Shown here in pieces: positions 45,162 to 58,428 of a stretch of 64,000 nucleotides of DNA; position 1 is the stretch's first letter, and each line of letters opens with the position of its first letter. The position numbers were made by a program, and so were the translations under genes. This DNA comes from Schmidtea polychroa (lineage: Eukaryota), in NCBI GenBank assembly GCA_044892525.1, contig CM097885.1, positions 248,001 through 312,000 of the forward strand, in the 5' to 3' direction. The notes under the pieces were generated by a model. That model saw nothing but the letters and a program-made list of their open reading frames with translations. It was not told the DNA's origin and ran no database searches.

Positions 45162-45562
45162 AATTGATATTCTATTGATCCTTTGATTGTTTGAATTTCT
45201 CTTAATAATAATTCAATCTTTTTTAACAAATAATCATGCTTCTTATCAATAATTTTCATATTCTTTTTATTTTCAGCAATAGAGTTATTGAAAACCTCAA
45301 TATGATCAATCAATTTAATTTTTATATTTTGTATATATTCAAATGTTAGTTCATAACTGTTTTCTAAATTCTCCAATCTTTGAGATATTCTTTTTCCTGG
45401 ATGCTTTGACCATTTTGGTTTATCGAGAATATATAAAATATCCATCAACTTGGCTGTATTCGGACAAACACATATTGATTTATTAAAAGACTCCAATGTT
45501 ATTGTTGTATTGTGTGAGCACACACTCGTTATAATAATTAGCAATATGAATATAGTTTTCAT
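45128..45562 (-). CDS. Predicted secreted coiled-coil protein (Maverick accessory gene)
   Basis: Signal peptide MKTIFILLIIITSVCS, CVCP motif, heptads; divergent from the Bcl-2-like gene across a CCAAT/TATA-containing spacer. Confidence 0.65.
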   Translation of the reverse strand: MKTIFILLIIITSVCSHNTTITLESFNKSICVCPNTAKLMDILYILDKPKWSKHPGKRISQRLENLENSYELTFEYIQNIKIKLIDHIEVFNNSIAENKKNMKIIDKKHDYLLKKIELLLREIQTIKGSIEYQLTITTGLIGLW

Positions 45563-45667
45563 GGTGTATCAAATCAAAACCTTTCTTTTACATTTATAGT
45601 CTATCAACCAATCAAAATCATACAGTATTAGTATAAATAAAACATCATATTTTAAATTATTGTAAAA

Positions 45668-46182
45668 ATGTCTCATTTTATGGAAAATCTTTTAAGAGAA
45701 CTCGTCAACAAGAATATTATGGAAAGCCTAAGTTTCCTGGTCGATCGGACCGAAAAGATTATAGAAGGTAATCACATTGATTATGAAGATGTGATCAATT
45801 CTGATTGTCTCGAAACCAAAAAATTCTATTTTAATAGAATTTTTAACTGTCTATGCGACGATCAGATGAAGTGGACCCGAATACTAGTAGGGTTCGCTTA
45901 TATGAAAATAATAATCCAAAGAAGTCTATGGGACTCAGAGCACTATTATCAGTGGTCTCAAGAAGTAATACTTTTATAATCTATATTTTAATAATATTTA
46001 TTTTCTAGATAATCAAGTCAAAGTTTCAGCCATGGATTGAAGCCAATGGCGGATGATGCGTGCTGAATCAACTCGCCAGAAATGCCAAGGAAGTAGATCA
46101 ACAGAAAATCAAATTTAAAAACTATTTAAAATTTGCAACAGGTGTTGCTATTTTGTATGTTTTACGTCGGTTTTTTAAATAA
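45668..46182 (+). pseudogene. Bcl-2 family homologue, two exons, nonsense codon in BH2
   Basis: BH1-like FNRIFNCLCDDQMKWTRILVGFAY; 44-nt intron 45965-46008; exon 2 IIKSKFQPWIEANGG*(TGA 46054-46056, expected W) then ..LKFATGVAILYVLRRFFK* tail anchor. Confidence 0.8.
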
Positions 46183-46259
46183 AAATTAATAAAGTTATTT
46201 TGTTTGATTTTTAAATAAAATTTTAAATAAATTTACAAACACTAATTAACTAAGATTTA

Positions 46260-46633
46260 TTAATTAACACATTTGCAGTCTTCATCTCCACATTTCATTA
46301 TATTTTCAACGACATGATCAATACAATCATTCGTAATATTATCTTTAGATTCATCTTTAGGTTCCTCTATAGGTTCATCTATAGGTTCATAGATTTTTTC
46401 TAGAGTTTCTTCCTCATCAATTTCTTGAGTTTCTTCCTCATCATCAAATCCTGTATCTTGACTCTCAACTAACCAGCCGATATTTAAGGCATTTGTAATA
46501 GATAATATGTCCTCAATTTTCAAACCAGATATTTCTGCTAACTTTTCCAACAAAAAGTTGATTAAAAATTCTAAATAATAAATAATTCGGTAATTAATTA
46601 ATCATGTTAACCTTTTTCTGCAGTCATTTTCAT
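46260..46633 (-). CDS. Small acidic protein, two exons, function unknown
   Basis: MKMTAEK exon, 41-nt intron ~46571-46611, then an acidic EE/EP-rich exon ending CGDEDCKCVN. Confidence 0.5.
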
Positions 46634-46759
46634 CACTTTAAAACTATATTATAAGTTTGTTTATAGATTTTCTTTGTTAAATTTGCATGTCATTTGCATT
46701 TATGTTGCAATTAATAAAGAAAAAAACAAATCTGACTAATACATTTATTAAATATAACA

Positions 46760-47170
46760 TTAAAATATTTGTGAAAGTCTAGCAGACATAATTTTCCAAA
46801 TAGGAGAATATACATCATTATTATCAACTTTATATCCCTGGATTGCAATTGTTATATACCAATTTTCATTTTCTTTGAAACTGATTTCATCAAAAGCATC
46901 ATAAAATCTTGCATATCTATTAATGAACCACGCATGTTGATTACACGATAGATTCGAATCTATCCGTTTAAAAACATCATCAATAGTTTTGACATCAATC
47001 ATTGAAAGCGTGCCGGATAAGAATTCAAATTTAGTTGGAATTAGCTTGACTGGTGCAACCAATTTCATATTGATTTCTTCTTTCAAAAAATACATTTTGT
47101 AGTTGTGGAACATTTGAACTGGTTGTACCATTTCTTTCGGTTTTTCGGTGCTTGAAATTTTCTTGGTCAT
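46760..47170 (-). CDS. Hypothetical Maverick protein (136 aa)
   Basis: Clean ATG ORF with upstream TATA and CCAAT and downstream AATAAA. Confidence 0.6.
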   Translation of the reverse strand: MTKKISSTEKPKEMVQPVQMFHNYKMYFLKEEINMKLVAPVKLIPTKFEFLSGTLSMIDVKTIDDVFKRIDSNLSCNQHAWFINRYARFYDAFDEISFKENENWYITIAIQGYKVDNNDVYSPIWKIMSARLSQIF

Positions 47171-47467
47171 CGTGAATAATGAATAAATTTAAATGTTACA
47201 GGGTTTTTATACCTTTGACTCATTCCTATCAACCAATCAGATTATAGTATGTCTTTTTTTAAATTGCATTCAAAATGCATTGATGTTGCATTGTCACATG
47301 TTCTATTATTTTTATTAATGTTTTATTATTAATGTTTTATTATTATTAATGTTTTATTATTTCTATTATTATTATTATTATTAATGTTTTATTATTTCTA
47401 TTATTATTATTATTATTACTATTATTATTTCAAATATAAAAAAGATAAAACACAATAAAAAATACAT

Positions 47468-47880
47468 TTATTGGTAACCTAAATCTACAATCCGGGAGTA
47501 GTGAATCCTTCTCAGAGTTTTCACTAACTCCCATTCGACATATCGCCGATATCGATCGGCACAGCATGAGCATCCGATGATGCATTGGTACTCCGGCTCC
47601 ATTTGCTTCATTGTTCTGTTGATTTTCACATCCCATAAAAATTGGTGAAAGACTATTATTCTAATTTGCGTGGCATAAAAAATCAAATCTGGTATGATTT
47701 CCGGTTCCCGATCTTTGATTACTTCAGCAATTTGCGAATAATAATATTTTATCCTATTGATCATTATTTCTAAATATTTTTCTAAAATAATAAATATAAA
47801 AAAATGTGAAAATAAAAATTTTAAATTTACCATAATCATCAATATCCTTCATGAGATTCGCGGCGCTCGGAATTTTGTAC
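47468..47880 (-). CDS. Hypothetical Cys-motif protein, probably two exons
   Basis: Main exon with QCIIGCSCCADRY; AT-rich GT..AG segment at ~47782-47830. Start uncertain. Confidence 0.45.
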
Positions 47881-47954
47881 ATAGTGAAATAAATGAATCC
47901 TAAACAAAAAACCGTTTGTTTAAATCAATCAATAACCAATTAGAAATTAACCAA

Positions 47955-48392
47955 TTAGAAATCGACCAATGAAATTATCTCATTTCGAACCTTGTCAACA
48001 AATTCTCTATACTCCAAATTTCTCAACCCCAACATGACAACCTTTCCACTAGCAAACACGTTGACACATATAGGGTTATATTTTAATAGTCTTAGTGCCG
48101 AAAACAATTCCGGTTCAAACATACAATCACATTTTTTCGACATGTTATATAGATTGATACTATGTCCCATATCCATAGTAACGGTAATTGATTGGATTAT
48201 AATATTATTTATTCGATATTGTAATTTATTAATATCCAAAGGTTTCTTACATCCCATGATTCTGCATTTACCAGTCTTGAAAAATATTATCGGATATTTC
48301 CCGCTTCTATCGATAATTTGCTGGGGTTTCCCTGGTGGGAACCTCATATTCGATACATCAAAATTTCCTCGATAATTTATATTTGCTAACAT
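47955..48392 (-). CDS. TATA-box-binding protein (TBP)-like, minimal and intronless
   Basis: Both TBP repeats recognisable: IIFFKTGKCRIMGCK; IQSITVTMDMGHSINL; FEPELFSAL; VNVFASGKVVMLGLR (cf. LIFSSGKMVCTGAK, YEPELFPGL, LLIFVSGKVVLTGAK). Confidence 0.88.
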   Translation of the reverse strand: MLANINYRGNFDVSNMRFPPGKPQQIIDRSGKYPIIFFKTGKCRIMGCKKPLDINKLQYRINNIIIQSITVTMDMGHSINLYNMSKKCDCMFEPELFSALRLLKYNPICVNVFASGKVVMLGLRNLEYREFVDKVRNEIISLVDF

Positions 48393-48491
48393 TATTAAAT
48401 CATTTATGAAAATTAGTCTTTATATACAAATTGAGCACGAGTTCATTAAATCATCGAATATAAACAAATACACATATATAAAATTTTTGAA

Positions 48492-49118
48492 ATGGAATTA
48501 AGAAATGATGCAGTATACCAAATCGTTGGTCCGAGTGGTAATGGAAAAACATTATTTGTTTGTAAATTACTAAAATCAAATTTATTCAAATCAAAATTCA
48601 ACAGGATTTATTGGCATAGGGGTGCTGATGAAGAACATGGATTAACTCAATCAAGTTTTTGTAAATTAAAAAACATGAAAATTGTAAAGGGATTCGATAA
48701 AAACTGGTCCAGCCGATTAAAGAAAGGTGATGTCATTATTATCGATGATTTGTATCAAGAAGCTAATAAAGAAAAAGATTTTAATAATTTATTTACAAAG
48801 ATCAGCAGACATGTCGGTGTAACAGTTATTTTCATAACACAAAATCTATTTCATCAAGGTGGGGCACATCGAACACGTAATTTAAATGTACAATATTTAG
48901 TTATTTTCAAGAATCCTAGAGATGCAACAGTGATTGATTTTCTTGCACGTCAAGCATACCCTAACAATCGTAATTTTCTTATCAGTGCATTTCAAGATGC
49001 AACAAAAATACCTCATGGATATATATTTCTTGATTTCACACAACAATGTTCCGATGATTTACGAGTAAAACCAGATATTTTCAACCCAAAAGGTGCCATG
49101 GTTTATAAACAAAGTTGA
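48492..49118 (+). CDS. A32-like (FtsK-HerA) genome-packaging ATPase
   Basis: Walker A GPSGNGKT, Walker B IIIDD, SRH, TQNLF, FKNPRD. Confidence 0.93.
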   Translation: MELRNDAVYQIVGPSGNGKTLFVCKLLKSNLFKSKFNRIYWHRGADEEHGLTQSSFCKLKNMKIVKGFDKNWSSRLKKGDVIIIDDLYQEANKEKDFNNLFTKISRHVGVTVIFITQNLFHQGGAHRTRNLNVQYLVIFKNPRDATVIDFLARQAYPNNRNFLISAFQDATKIPHGYIFLDFTQQCSDDLRVKPDIFNPKGAMVYKQS

Positions 49119-49136
49119 AAACCTCTATGAATAATA

Positions 49137-49670
49137 ATGTTTCTAAAAGCAAGGGTGAAAAATATTAGGAAATTAAGAAAAAGTATTAGAAAGAGTATTA
49201 AAGTTCCAAAAGTTCCACCAACAACTAGTTATACACCGTCTAAAAAACTTGTAACTGAAAATTTCTCTGCAATGAATCTTATTTCGAAAAATCCTAAACC
49301 TAAACGTAAAACCCGTAAAACTCGTAAAACCGGTAAAAAAGTAGTTAAAAATCATCGCAGTTTTCCATTTTTTAATGCATTGTTAAAGGCCCCGAGTATG
49401 AAAAGAATGAATATATTGCAATCATTCCCAAATTTTGTTGTCGATGATTTACTCAATATTATACTTAAAGTAGTCAAAGGCAAAATTAAAATCAGTAAAT
49501 CAAAAAAGAATTTATTGAGCAAACATAGGAAACCTTTATTATCTTTAGTAAATAATAAAAATCGTAAGCAAATGAGGAAAATTATATATAAACAACAATG
49601 TGGATTTATTGGTGCCTTGATACCTCTGGCATTATCATTATTAGGTGGAGTTGTAGGAAATCAATCATAA
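49137..49670 (+). CDS. Basic core/DNA-condensing protein of Maverick
   Basis: Very K/R-rich; C-terminal QQCGFIGALIPLALSLLGG resembles the QxGGF + hydrophobic tail of Maverick core proteins. Confidence 0.6.
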   Translation: MFLKARVKNIRKLRKSIRKSIKVPKVPPTTSYTPSKKLVTENFSAMNLISKNPKPKRKTRKTRKTGKKVVKNHRSFPFFNALLKAPSMKRMNILQSFPNFVVDDLLNIILKVVKGKIKISKSKKNLLSKHRKPLLSLVNNKNRKQMRKIIYKQQCGFIGALIPLALSLLGGVVGNQS

Positions 49671-49731
49671 ACAATTGGTGCTAATCCTTCATTGCCTGAC
49701 ATTAAATTTAATTTTAAATCTTCTTGTTGTA

Positions 49732-50846
<1,115 letters not shown>

Positions 50847-50850
<4 letters not shown>

Positions 50851-51254
50851 ATTTTTATATTATTTTACCTAGCAATAGCTGTCCACTTATTCATCCAGAT
50901 AATAAAGCCAGCAAATTCAGGGTCAATCTTCAAAATCCGATATATTTGGATAATAGCTGGGAAGTTGCTCTGTTGGATTTTACATTTGTATACCAAGCCT
51001 TTCCATTTTATAGTAAGGCTAAAATTGGATACAAAAAGAATGAGTGGCAGGATAGATTATTGTCTATGATCATTGATAATGCAGATGATGAAGTTCGGTT
51101 GTCTAATTCAACTGATCCAGCTGTGAAAATGTATATTAACCATCCATATATAGTAGTTGAATGTAAACATTATCCTTTTACTGTAAAATTTGATAGTTTG
51201 GAAATGGCAAAACGATTGGAATTAAAAACCCAAAGTCATAAAAGTAGTGAATAG
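50847..51254 (+). CDS. N-terminal part of Maverick minor capsid (penton-like) protein, truncated
   Basis: MNFYIILPSNS..PDNKASKFRVNL..PIYL..WEVAL is the typical N-terminus; ATGA overlap with the integrase stop; followed by non-coding AT-rich DNA. Confidence 0.7.
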
Positions 51255-51485
51255 TAAGGACTCCAACTCACTTTCAAGGTCATGGAATATCAAGATCAAA
51301 TATAGACCAATCGAATCATTTATTTTTTAAATTAACATTTTATTTAATTACTTCTTTTTAATTTTATTAATTAATTATTTTATGATGTTATATTTTAATT
51401 ACTTACTTTAGTTAATTTTTAATTTATTACATTTAATTAATTTATTAGTTTATTAATATTTTATTTTAATTACTTACGCCTTTTA

Positions 51486-51518
<33 letters not shown>

Positions 51519-51757
51519 TTTAATTTTATTTAATTACTTCTATTTTTTTTTCTCTTTAATTTTATTAGTTAATTATTTTATGATGTTATACTTTAATTAC
51601 TTATTTTAGTTAATTTTTAATTTATTACATTTAATTAATTAATTTGTTTATTAAAACTTTATTTTAATTGCCAACGTTATTTAATTATTATTTATTTTAT
51701 TTATTTATTTTTTAATTTTACATTATATTCTAACAAGAGCGTAAATTATAACAATAA

Positions 51758-54700
51758 TATTTCAATTTGAATAAAATTTTAATTGGTAATTATCATAAAA
51801 TAAAGCTGTGTTAATTTAAATAAAATGGGCATTAATTTTTCAAAACAAAGCAAAGTTTTTCATGATAAATAATAATTCTTACTTAAAACTAATTATCTAA
51901 ATTAATTGGACAAATGAATTATTAAATGATAAAACATATTTTAATTAACGAAGTCAAATAATTCACAATATATATTTTATTATTCACATAAATTTAATTG
52001 TTAAAGTTCTTGTTTCGATTTGCATTCATTTGTAGACGGAGCAGTTGCGATATGCATTTGACGAATCTTATAGTGACCGTAGGCATAGCTTTCATTAGAA
52101 TTGAACCAATACCTTTTTTCATCCAAACATTGGAGAGCTCGTTTTTCAGTAATGAAAGTATACAACTGATGACTAACACTTCCTATTCTCTTTTGTTCGA
52201 TGCTCACTGTTCCACCATCAGTATACACTTTTTTATAGGCTTCATGGGTGATATTAGAATTTGTAAGACTTATTCCTTTGGCTTTTAGAGTGTTTTTATC
52301 TCCTTGGAGTGAGTAGCACTTGGGTCGAAGAAACACCCATTCTTTATATTGATTTCCTTTATTCTCATCCTTGAATTTCCCGATTACCGAACAAATTTTA
52401 TCTGAGAACAATGGATCAGTCACCGGATAATTTGAAGTATCTAGGAGCCCATCGGCAATCATTTTTGGATACAGTTGTAAGCGTAAATCAACATTTTTAC
52501 ACTCTAAAAAGAAGGAATCTGTGTCACCGGCTACGATATTAATTTGACAATTGAATTCTTCTCTATAACTCTGTAGTTCTTTATATTGAAACTGGTACAT
52601 GCGAAGTTTAGATAAATCAAGTACGGTTTGTCCAATATACATTGGTCTATCTAAACACACCATTTCCTTATCAAGTATAACAGCAATGAGATCATCCGCA
52701 ATCTTGATGCTACGACGAAACATAGGATTACTACAATAAGTTATCAATCTTTTGCTTTTGCTGCATAATCTCAAATTTATACGTTTCTTAAGGTTTTCCA
52801 CGGTTTTACCATATAAACTGTTGTTCTTTAACTTATAATAATCTCGCTGAAATGAATCTGTACTAGCTGCTCTCATTTGAGTATTGTAATCAATATAGCG
52901 TTTGAAAATAGCTACTTGCTTGAATTCTACAGCACGATTAACTTTTGTGACTTTTGCGCCTTAACTCAACCACTCTGTCAAAACTCTACCATTAACTACA
53001 TAGTTTTTCTTAGGCTCATGAGTTAACAACAGCTTTTCAACTTTACTACCAGGTGGATAACAAAGCTCAGGAGCTATAGGTAAATCATCTAGCTTATCTT
53101 GTATACTATCAGGAATGACGATGTCAACCTCTAGAACATATCCACGATCTCCATCAAACTCATCCCCATTTGCACATCTTTCAACAATACCATTCATTTC
53201 AGTCTGATCATTTATCCATCTAAATTCACCAATAGGAAGTTTTTGCGACAGCGCCCATCCATATAAATTATTAACATCTAGGTATGACATTTGTGTTGAT
53301 TCATCAGCTTCAACATGATGTTTGTTGATAAATGTCATTCCACCACGAATACCAGCTTCAAATAAACGGTAAAGCTCTGGATCTTGAATAAGTTCTACCG
53401 GTTCAGGTAACTGTTTAATAGCTGATGCCCAACTTAATCCGGGTATGGAAACAAACGATAAAGCCTCAAGTCCATCTTCGTCAAATGTTTTTTCTCTGAA
53501 AGCTTCAAAAACATCGGCCAACACAAAAACATCGGCCAACACAAAAACATCCAACTTGAGATATACTAGCATGTAATCTAGCAGTGTCTCACAGTTATAT
53601 TGTCGCCAGATTTGATTTGCATGTATATAATCTTCTTGACTAACTCCCTCCTAAATCGATGGTAATTCTGTTATTGACTGTAAAACATCCATTGACGTAG
53701 CAATATCATAAGGAAATATGCCTTTACCAGTTATTAGATGCGAATTGAAAATCTTTGAAGTAAGTGGAAGACGTGGCAAGTTTTTTGATAAATTTGCCAA
53801 GCTGCTATTTAAAAATTGTAAAGAATCAATGAATCTAATTCTTCTGCCTTTCGATGTCGCTGTAAGTGTGAGAAACTTTTCTGTTGATTGAGGAATAACA
53901 ATTAAATTCCAATCTGGGAATTTTCCAATTGCATATTTTAATATATGATGAATGTCATATCCACGAAGATTATGAAATACAACAGGTAAAGACGGATTGA
54001 TTCTTCTAGCCAAATTACAATCTTGACACGCTGCTCCGAGATATTGACCAGTAAAATGATCATGATCTCGAACAGGTATATTGATAATCTTTTTACAAAG
54101 GTAGCAATGAGTTTGAGTCGTGAATTCTTCCTGCTCTTCCCAAGTGAGTTCCATCATTTCCTTTGATCCATTAATTTTATACCACGGATAAACTATGTCT
54201 GTAGCTATATCATCCAATGCTTGTATGAACTGAATGATACAGTTTTTCCCAACAAATGTTTCATTTCGGATCGGACAACCTTGATGGAGAAGCACAAATT
54301 CAGATGCAATCGGCTCATGTTTTTGGAAGTGTTTGTCATCTAGAGGTAATATCGATTCAAAGTCCGCGTAGACAACAAACTGCTGTTTTATAGTTTTACT
54401 CCAATCTTTAAATTCGATATATTTATTCTCTGGCATTGAGTATAGAGTCGTACGCTCCACATTCTTCCTACAAAGACCTATATGTCTTTCAAAAGCAGGA
54501 CGTTTTTGAAACCCATGAAGACACGTATGACACCAATGTGATTGGATTCTGACTCCTTCTACTCTATCTCTGTAATTCAGCAGTCGATCGAGATTAGTTA
54601 CAGCCAAAAAATGATAATTTAATTCTAAATTTAGTTAATATTTTTAATGATTAAAGGAAATATTACCTTCTTCAATCAATAGGAGATATATCTGAGATCC

Positions 54701-54911
54701 CGTCGAAGTACTTCTATATACCAAGTCAATGAACGGATTCTTGAAAATATCATTAGTTTTTTGTTTAATTGGATCTTTATTATATTTGAGAACATTGATC
54801 GCTAGATTTGGATTAATTGCTTCAAATTGGCAAATGTTAACCAACTTCATCGGAAACCATTCAAATTTCCATTTTAAGTCTTAAAAACAAAATTCAATGA
54901 TTTATGACATT

Positions 54912-54968
<57 letters not shown>

Positions 54969-57176
54969 CCACTTAAGTTATATTTTGTTGTTCTTTCTCT
55001 ATTCCGACGTATATCATCATAACGTAACACAGCTAGTATGCTATATAAAAAACAGAATTGATCATTGTTTTGAACATTAACTAAAGCCTGACAGTTTTTC
55101 AGGTAATTTGGCGTTTTAATGTAACTTGAACCTAAGTAATCTCTTGATTTATATATATAATAATGTAAATAATCTTACCAGATACATGTATTATGTCTGA
55201 TAATTTAGTTAAAATCATAGTAACTTCTAATATTTTATGAATTCTCCACCCACTACTTTGTTGAGTGTATTTCTCCAACTTTCTTTTAATTTTTCAATTC
55301 CATCATTAATAAATGAAGATGACATTGTAATTGCTTTATTCGACAAACACCATTTTTTAATTTCACCATCCTCTTTGATAAACTCTGCACAAAGTCCAAA
55401 TTGGATTTTTACTGTCCCCATTCGTTGAATATGATCTTCTATTTCTTTGATGAGACAATCTGGAACAACAATGTCAGGAGAATTAATTGCAGATACATCG
55501 CTTGTCAATTCAACACGAGAACCGTTTAAGTCAGACTCCCGACGTGGACACAATTGTATATTAGAGTCTCCATTTCCGTAAAATATTGACTTTCGTTTTG
55601 TGGTGCCAGAGTTTTGTCTAACTATATTTATAATTAATATTAAACAACTTAAATAACATAACTTGTAACATAATCTTTAATCTCCTTAGGATCGTATGAT
55701 GTATTCATTTTCGATTGTACTATAAAAAATTAATAATTGTTAATAGTAGAAAGAGTATTACTTTTAGTGATCATCCTGCTCTTCGTTTCTTCGAATCTTC
55801 TAAGATGGTGTCCGTGTTGTCGTACAAACATTAACCACCTACCTGGTGTTATAATGAGACATTCCGGACATATGTAACCCGATAAGGTAGAGTCATTTAT
55901 CTTGAAATATGATGATGTAACTGATTTACAGTTCTCCACATCTTCATGACTTTCGGCAATACAAAATTTATATAAACTGCATCCGTTCACTAAAAAATAA
56001 TCATTAATATTAGATAGAGAATAAAAATTTATTCACTTATATAAGTTAAATTAAAAGTTTAAATGACAAACATTTGAAAAGTTACTGCTTATATATTACA
56101 CATGATTAAATTCTGACCAATCAAAATCAAGGAAGGGGTAGGAAAAATAAATATATTCTGACCAATCAAAATCAAGGAAGGGGTAGGAAAAATACATGCA
56201 TTACATTGCAGTATTTTAAAACTTAAATTTTAAAACACATTTTGACGCTAAAGTTGACTTATTTAACATTTTCATAATAATTTAATAAAAATAATGTGTT
56301 GAACTCACAAAGTAATATCATTTTTTCATCAAATTGCAAAACAGTAATAACGTTTTCATAAAATTGTAACAAAGTAATAACATATTTCAGATAAATTTTC
56401 AACAGTTGTAAAATATTTAAACAAATTGTAACAAGATTAGAAAATATTACAACAAAGTAGTAACATATTTCAGAAAATTTCAACAAAGTTGTAAAATATT
56501 TATCAAATTGTAACTAAAATAATAAAAATATTGCAACAAAGTAATAAAATAATGATGTTAATTGGGACAAATCAATACATTATTTCGAAGACGGACAACA
56601 AATTAAAAAAGAATATTGTAATAAATTGTGAAGTCTTTCAGTAAATTACAACAAAGTAATAACATATTTCGGAAATATTTCACCAGATGTAAAATATTTA
56701 AGCAAATTGTTATAAGATTATAAAAATATTGCAACAAAGTAATAAAATAATACAACATTTTAAACTCTAGATCAATCCATTTTATAGAAAATTAAATTTT
56801 ATCTCTATAATATATGAATAAATATACAAGGAAATTACGTTAACGTATAATAAATACAAATTTATCGTAAAAACATGTGTGTATTACACACAAAACAAGA
56901 TACATAATTTCTAATCAATCCATTTTATAGAAAATTAAATTTTATCTATATATCATATGAATAAAATCCTAAGAAAATTACGTTAACCGCGCGAAAAATA
57001 CAAATTTATTGTAAAAACATGTGTGCATTACACACAAAGCACCAAACTGAAATTGTAATTGCGCCGTGTTGTAGAGAATTAAATTCTGCCTATACATTGT
57101 TACACTTAAATTTCGATCAGACCTGTGAAAAGAGACATAAAAGAGAAAGAACAGTAGAGTAGTATGATTGGGGCCA
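51758..57176 (-). repeat. Left arm of a long inverted duplication (mirror of 58411-64000)
   Basis: Reverse-complement near-identity; mirrored ORFs 55730-55990/59741-60001, 54644-54850/60894-61100, 56259-56486/59245-59472. The outer limit cannot be fixed because the right arm leaves the window. Confidence 0.96.
52001..55990 (-). pseudogene. Inactivated copy of the Maverick pPolB
   Basis: Versus the plus-strand copy: TGG>TAG (53651-53653), TAC>TAA (52961-52963), 18-nt duplication (VFVLAD twice), 1-nt deletion near 55280. Confidence 0.93.
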
Positions 57177-58428
57177 TCCAGACCAGGAGCTCCCCTGGCC
57201 ACATACACCCCCTCCCCCCCCCGGAAAAAAAAATTTTTAGAACGATGCCACATATTTTTAGAACTATTACGTAATCGATGCCACATATTTTTAGAACTAT
57301 TACGTAATCGATGGTACATACTTTTAGAACGACGCCACATATTTTTAGAACTATTACGAAATCGATGCCACATATTTTTAGAACGATGCCATGTTATTAG
57401 TGGCCCAGCGGGCTCACACTTTTTTTTCATCCCAAAAGTTAATGTTCCCGCCATCAGATTTTATTGGACGATACCTCATCTTAAAGCCCAGTGCAGGACC
57501 TTTAAGATGTGCTATAGGTATTTTATATATCTTTAATAGTTTTAATGTTATTAACATTTAATGACCACCATCTTTTCAAAGTTAAATTATTATTATTTGT
57601 CAAAATATTATTAATTGGCCCAGCGGGCTCACACTTTTTTTCATCTCAAAGATTAATGTTCCCGCCAACATATTATATTGATCGATAGCTTATTTTAAAG
57701 CTCTGTGCAAGAACTTTCTAATGAGATATAGATTTTTATCATACGATGACTCATCACATTTTTAGAACAAAGACAGTGACTCATCATATTTTTAGAACTA
57801 TTACGTAATCAACGCCTAATATTTTTAGAACGATGTCTAATATTTTTAGAACGATTACGTCATATTTTTAGAACGATGCCTCTTATTTTTAGAATGATTA
57901 CGTCATAATTTTAGAACGATGCCTCTTATTTTTAGAATGATTACGTCATAATTTTAGAACGATGCCTAATATTTTTAGAACGATGCCTCTTATTTTTAGA
58001 ATGATTACGTCATAATTTTAGAACGATGTCAAATATTTTTAGAACGATGCCTCTTATTTTTAGAATGATTACGTCATAATTTTAGAACGATGCCTAATAT
58101 ATTTAGAACGATGCCTATTATTTTTAGAATGATTACGTCATAATTTTAGAACGATGTCTAATATTTTTAGAACGATGCTTAATATTTTTAGAACTATTAC
58201 GTAATTTTTTTTTTTAAATTAATTGGTCCAGCGGTGACCTACTTTTTTTCTTCCCAAAAGTAATGTTTCCATCATCCGAATTTATTAATCAAACACTTAT
58301 TTTAAAGCCCAGTGCAAAATCTATATACTGATATATAAATATTATTATTAACATTATTTTACACACGGGGGGAGAGGGTATATGTGGCCGAGCGGGCTCC
58401 TGGCCAGGCGGGCCCCAATCATACTACT
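57158..58428. mobile_element. 1271-bp segment bounded by Maverick-like termini, filled with short repeats
   Basis: AGTAGTATGATTGGGGCC.. and ..GGCCCCAATCATACTACT, with imperfect inverted similarity for ~60 bp including a C-tract; internal TTTTTAGAAC, TTACGTAA and TTACGTCA repeats. Confidence 0.7.
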
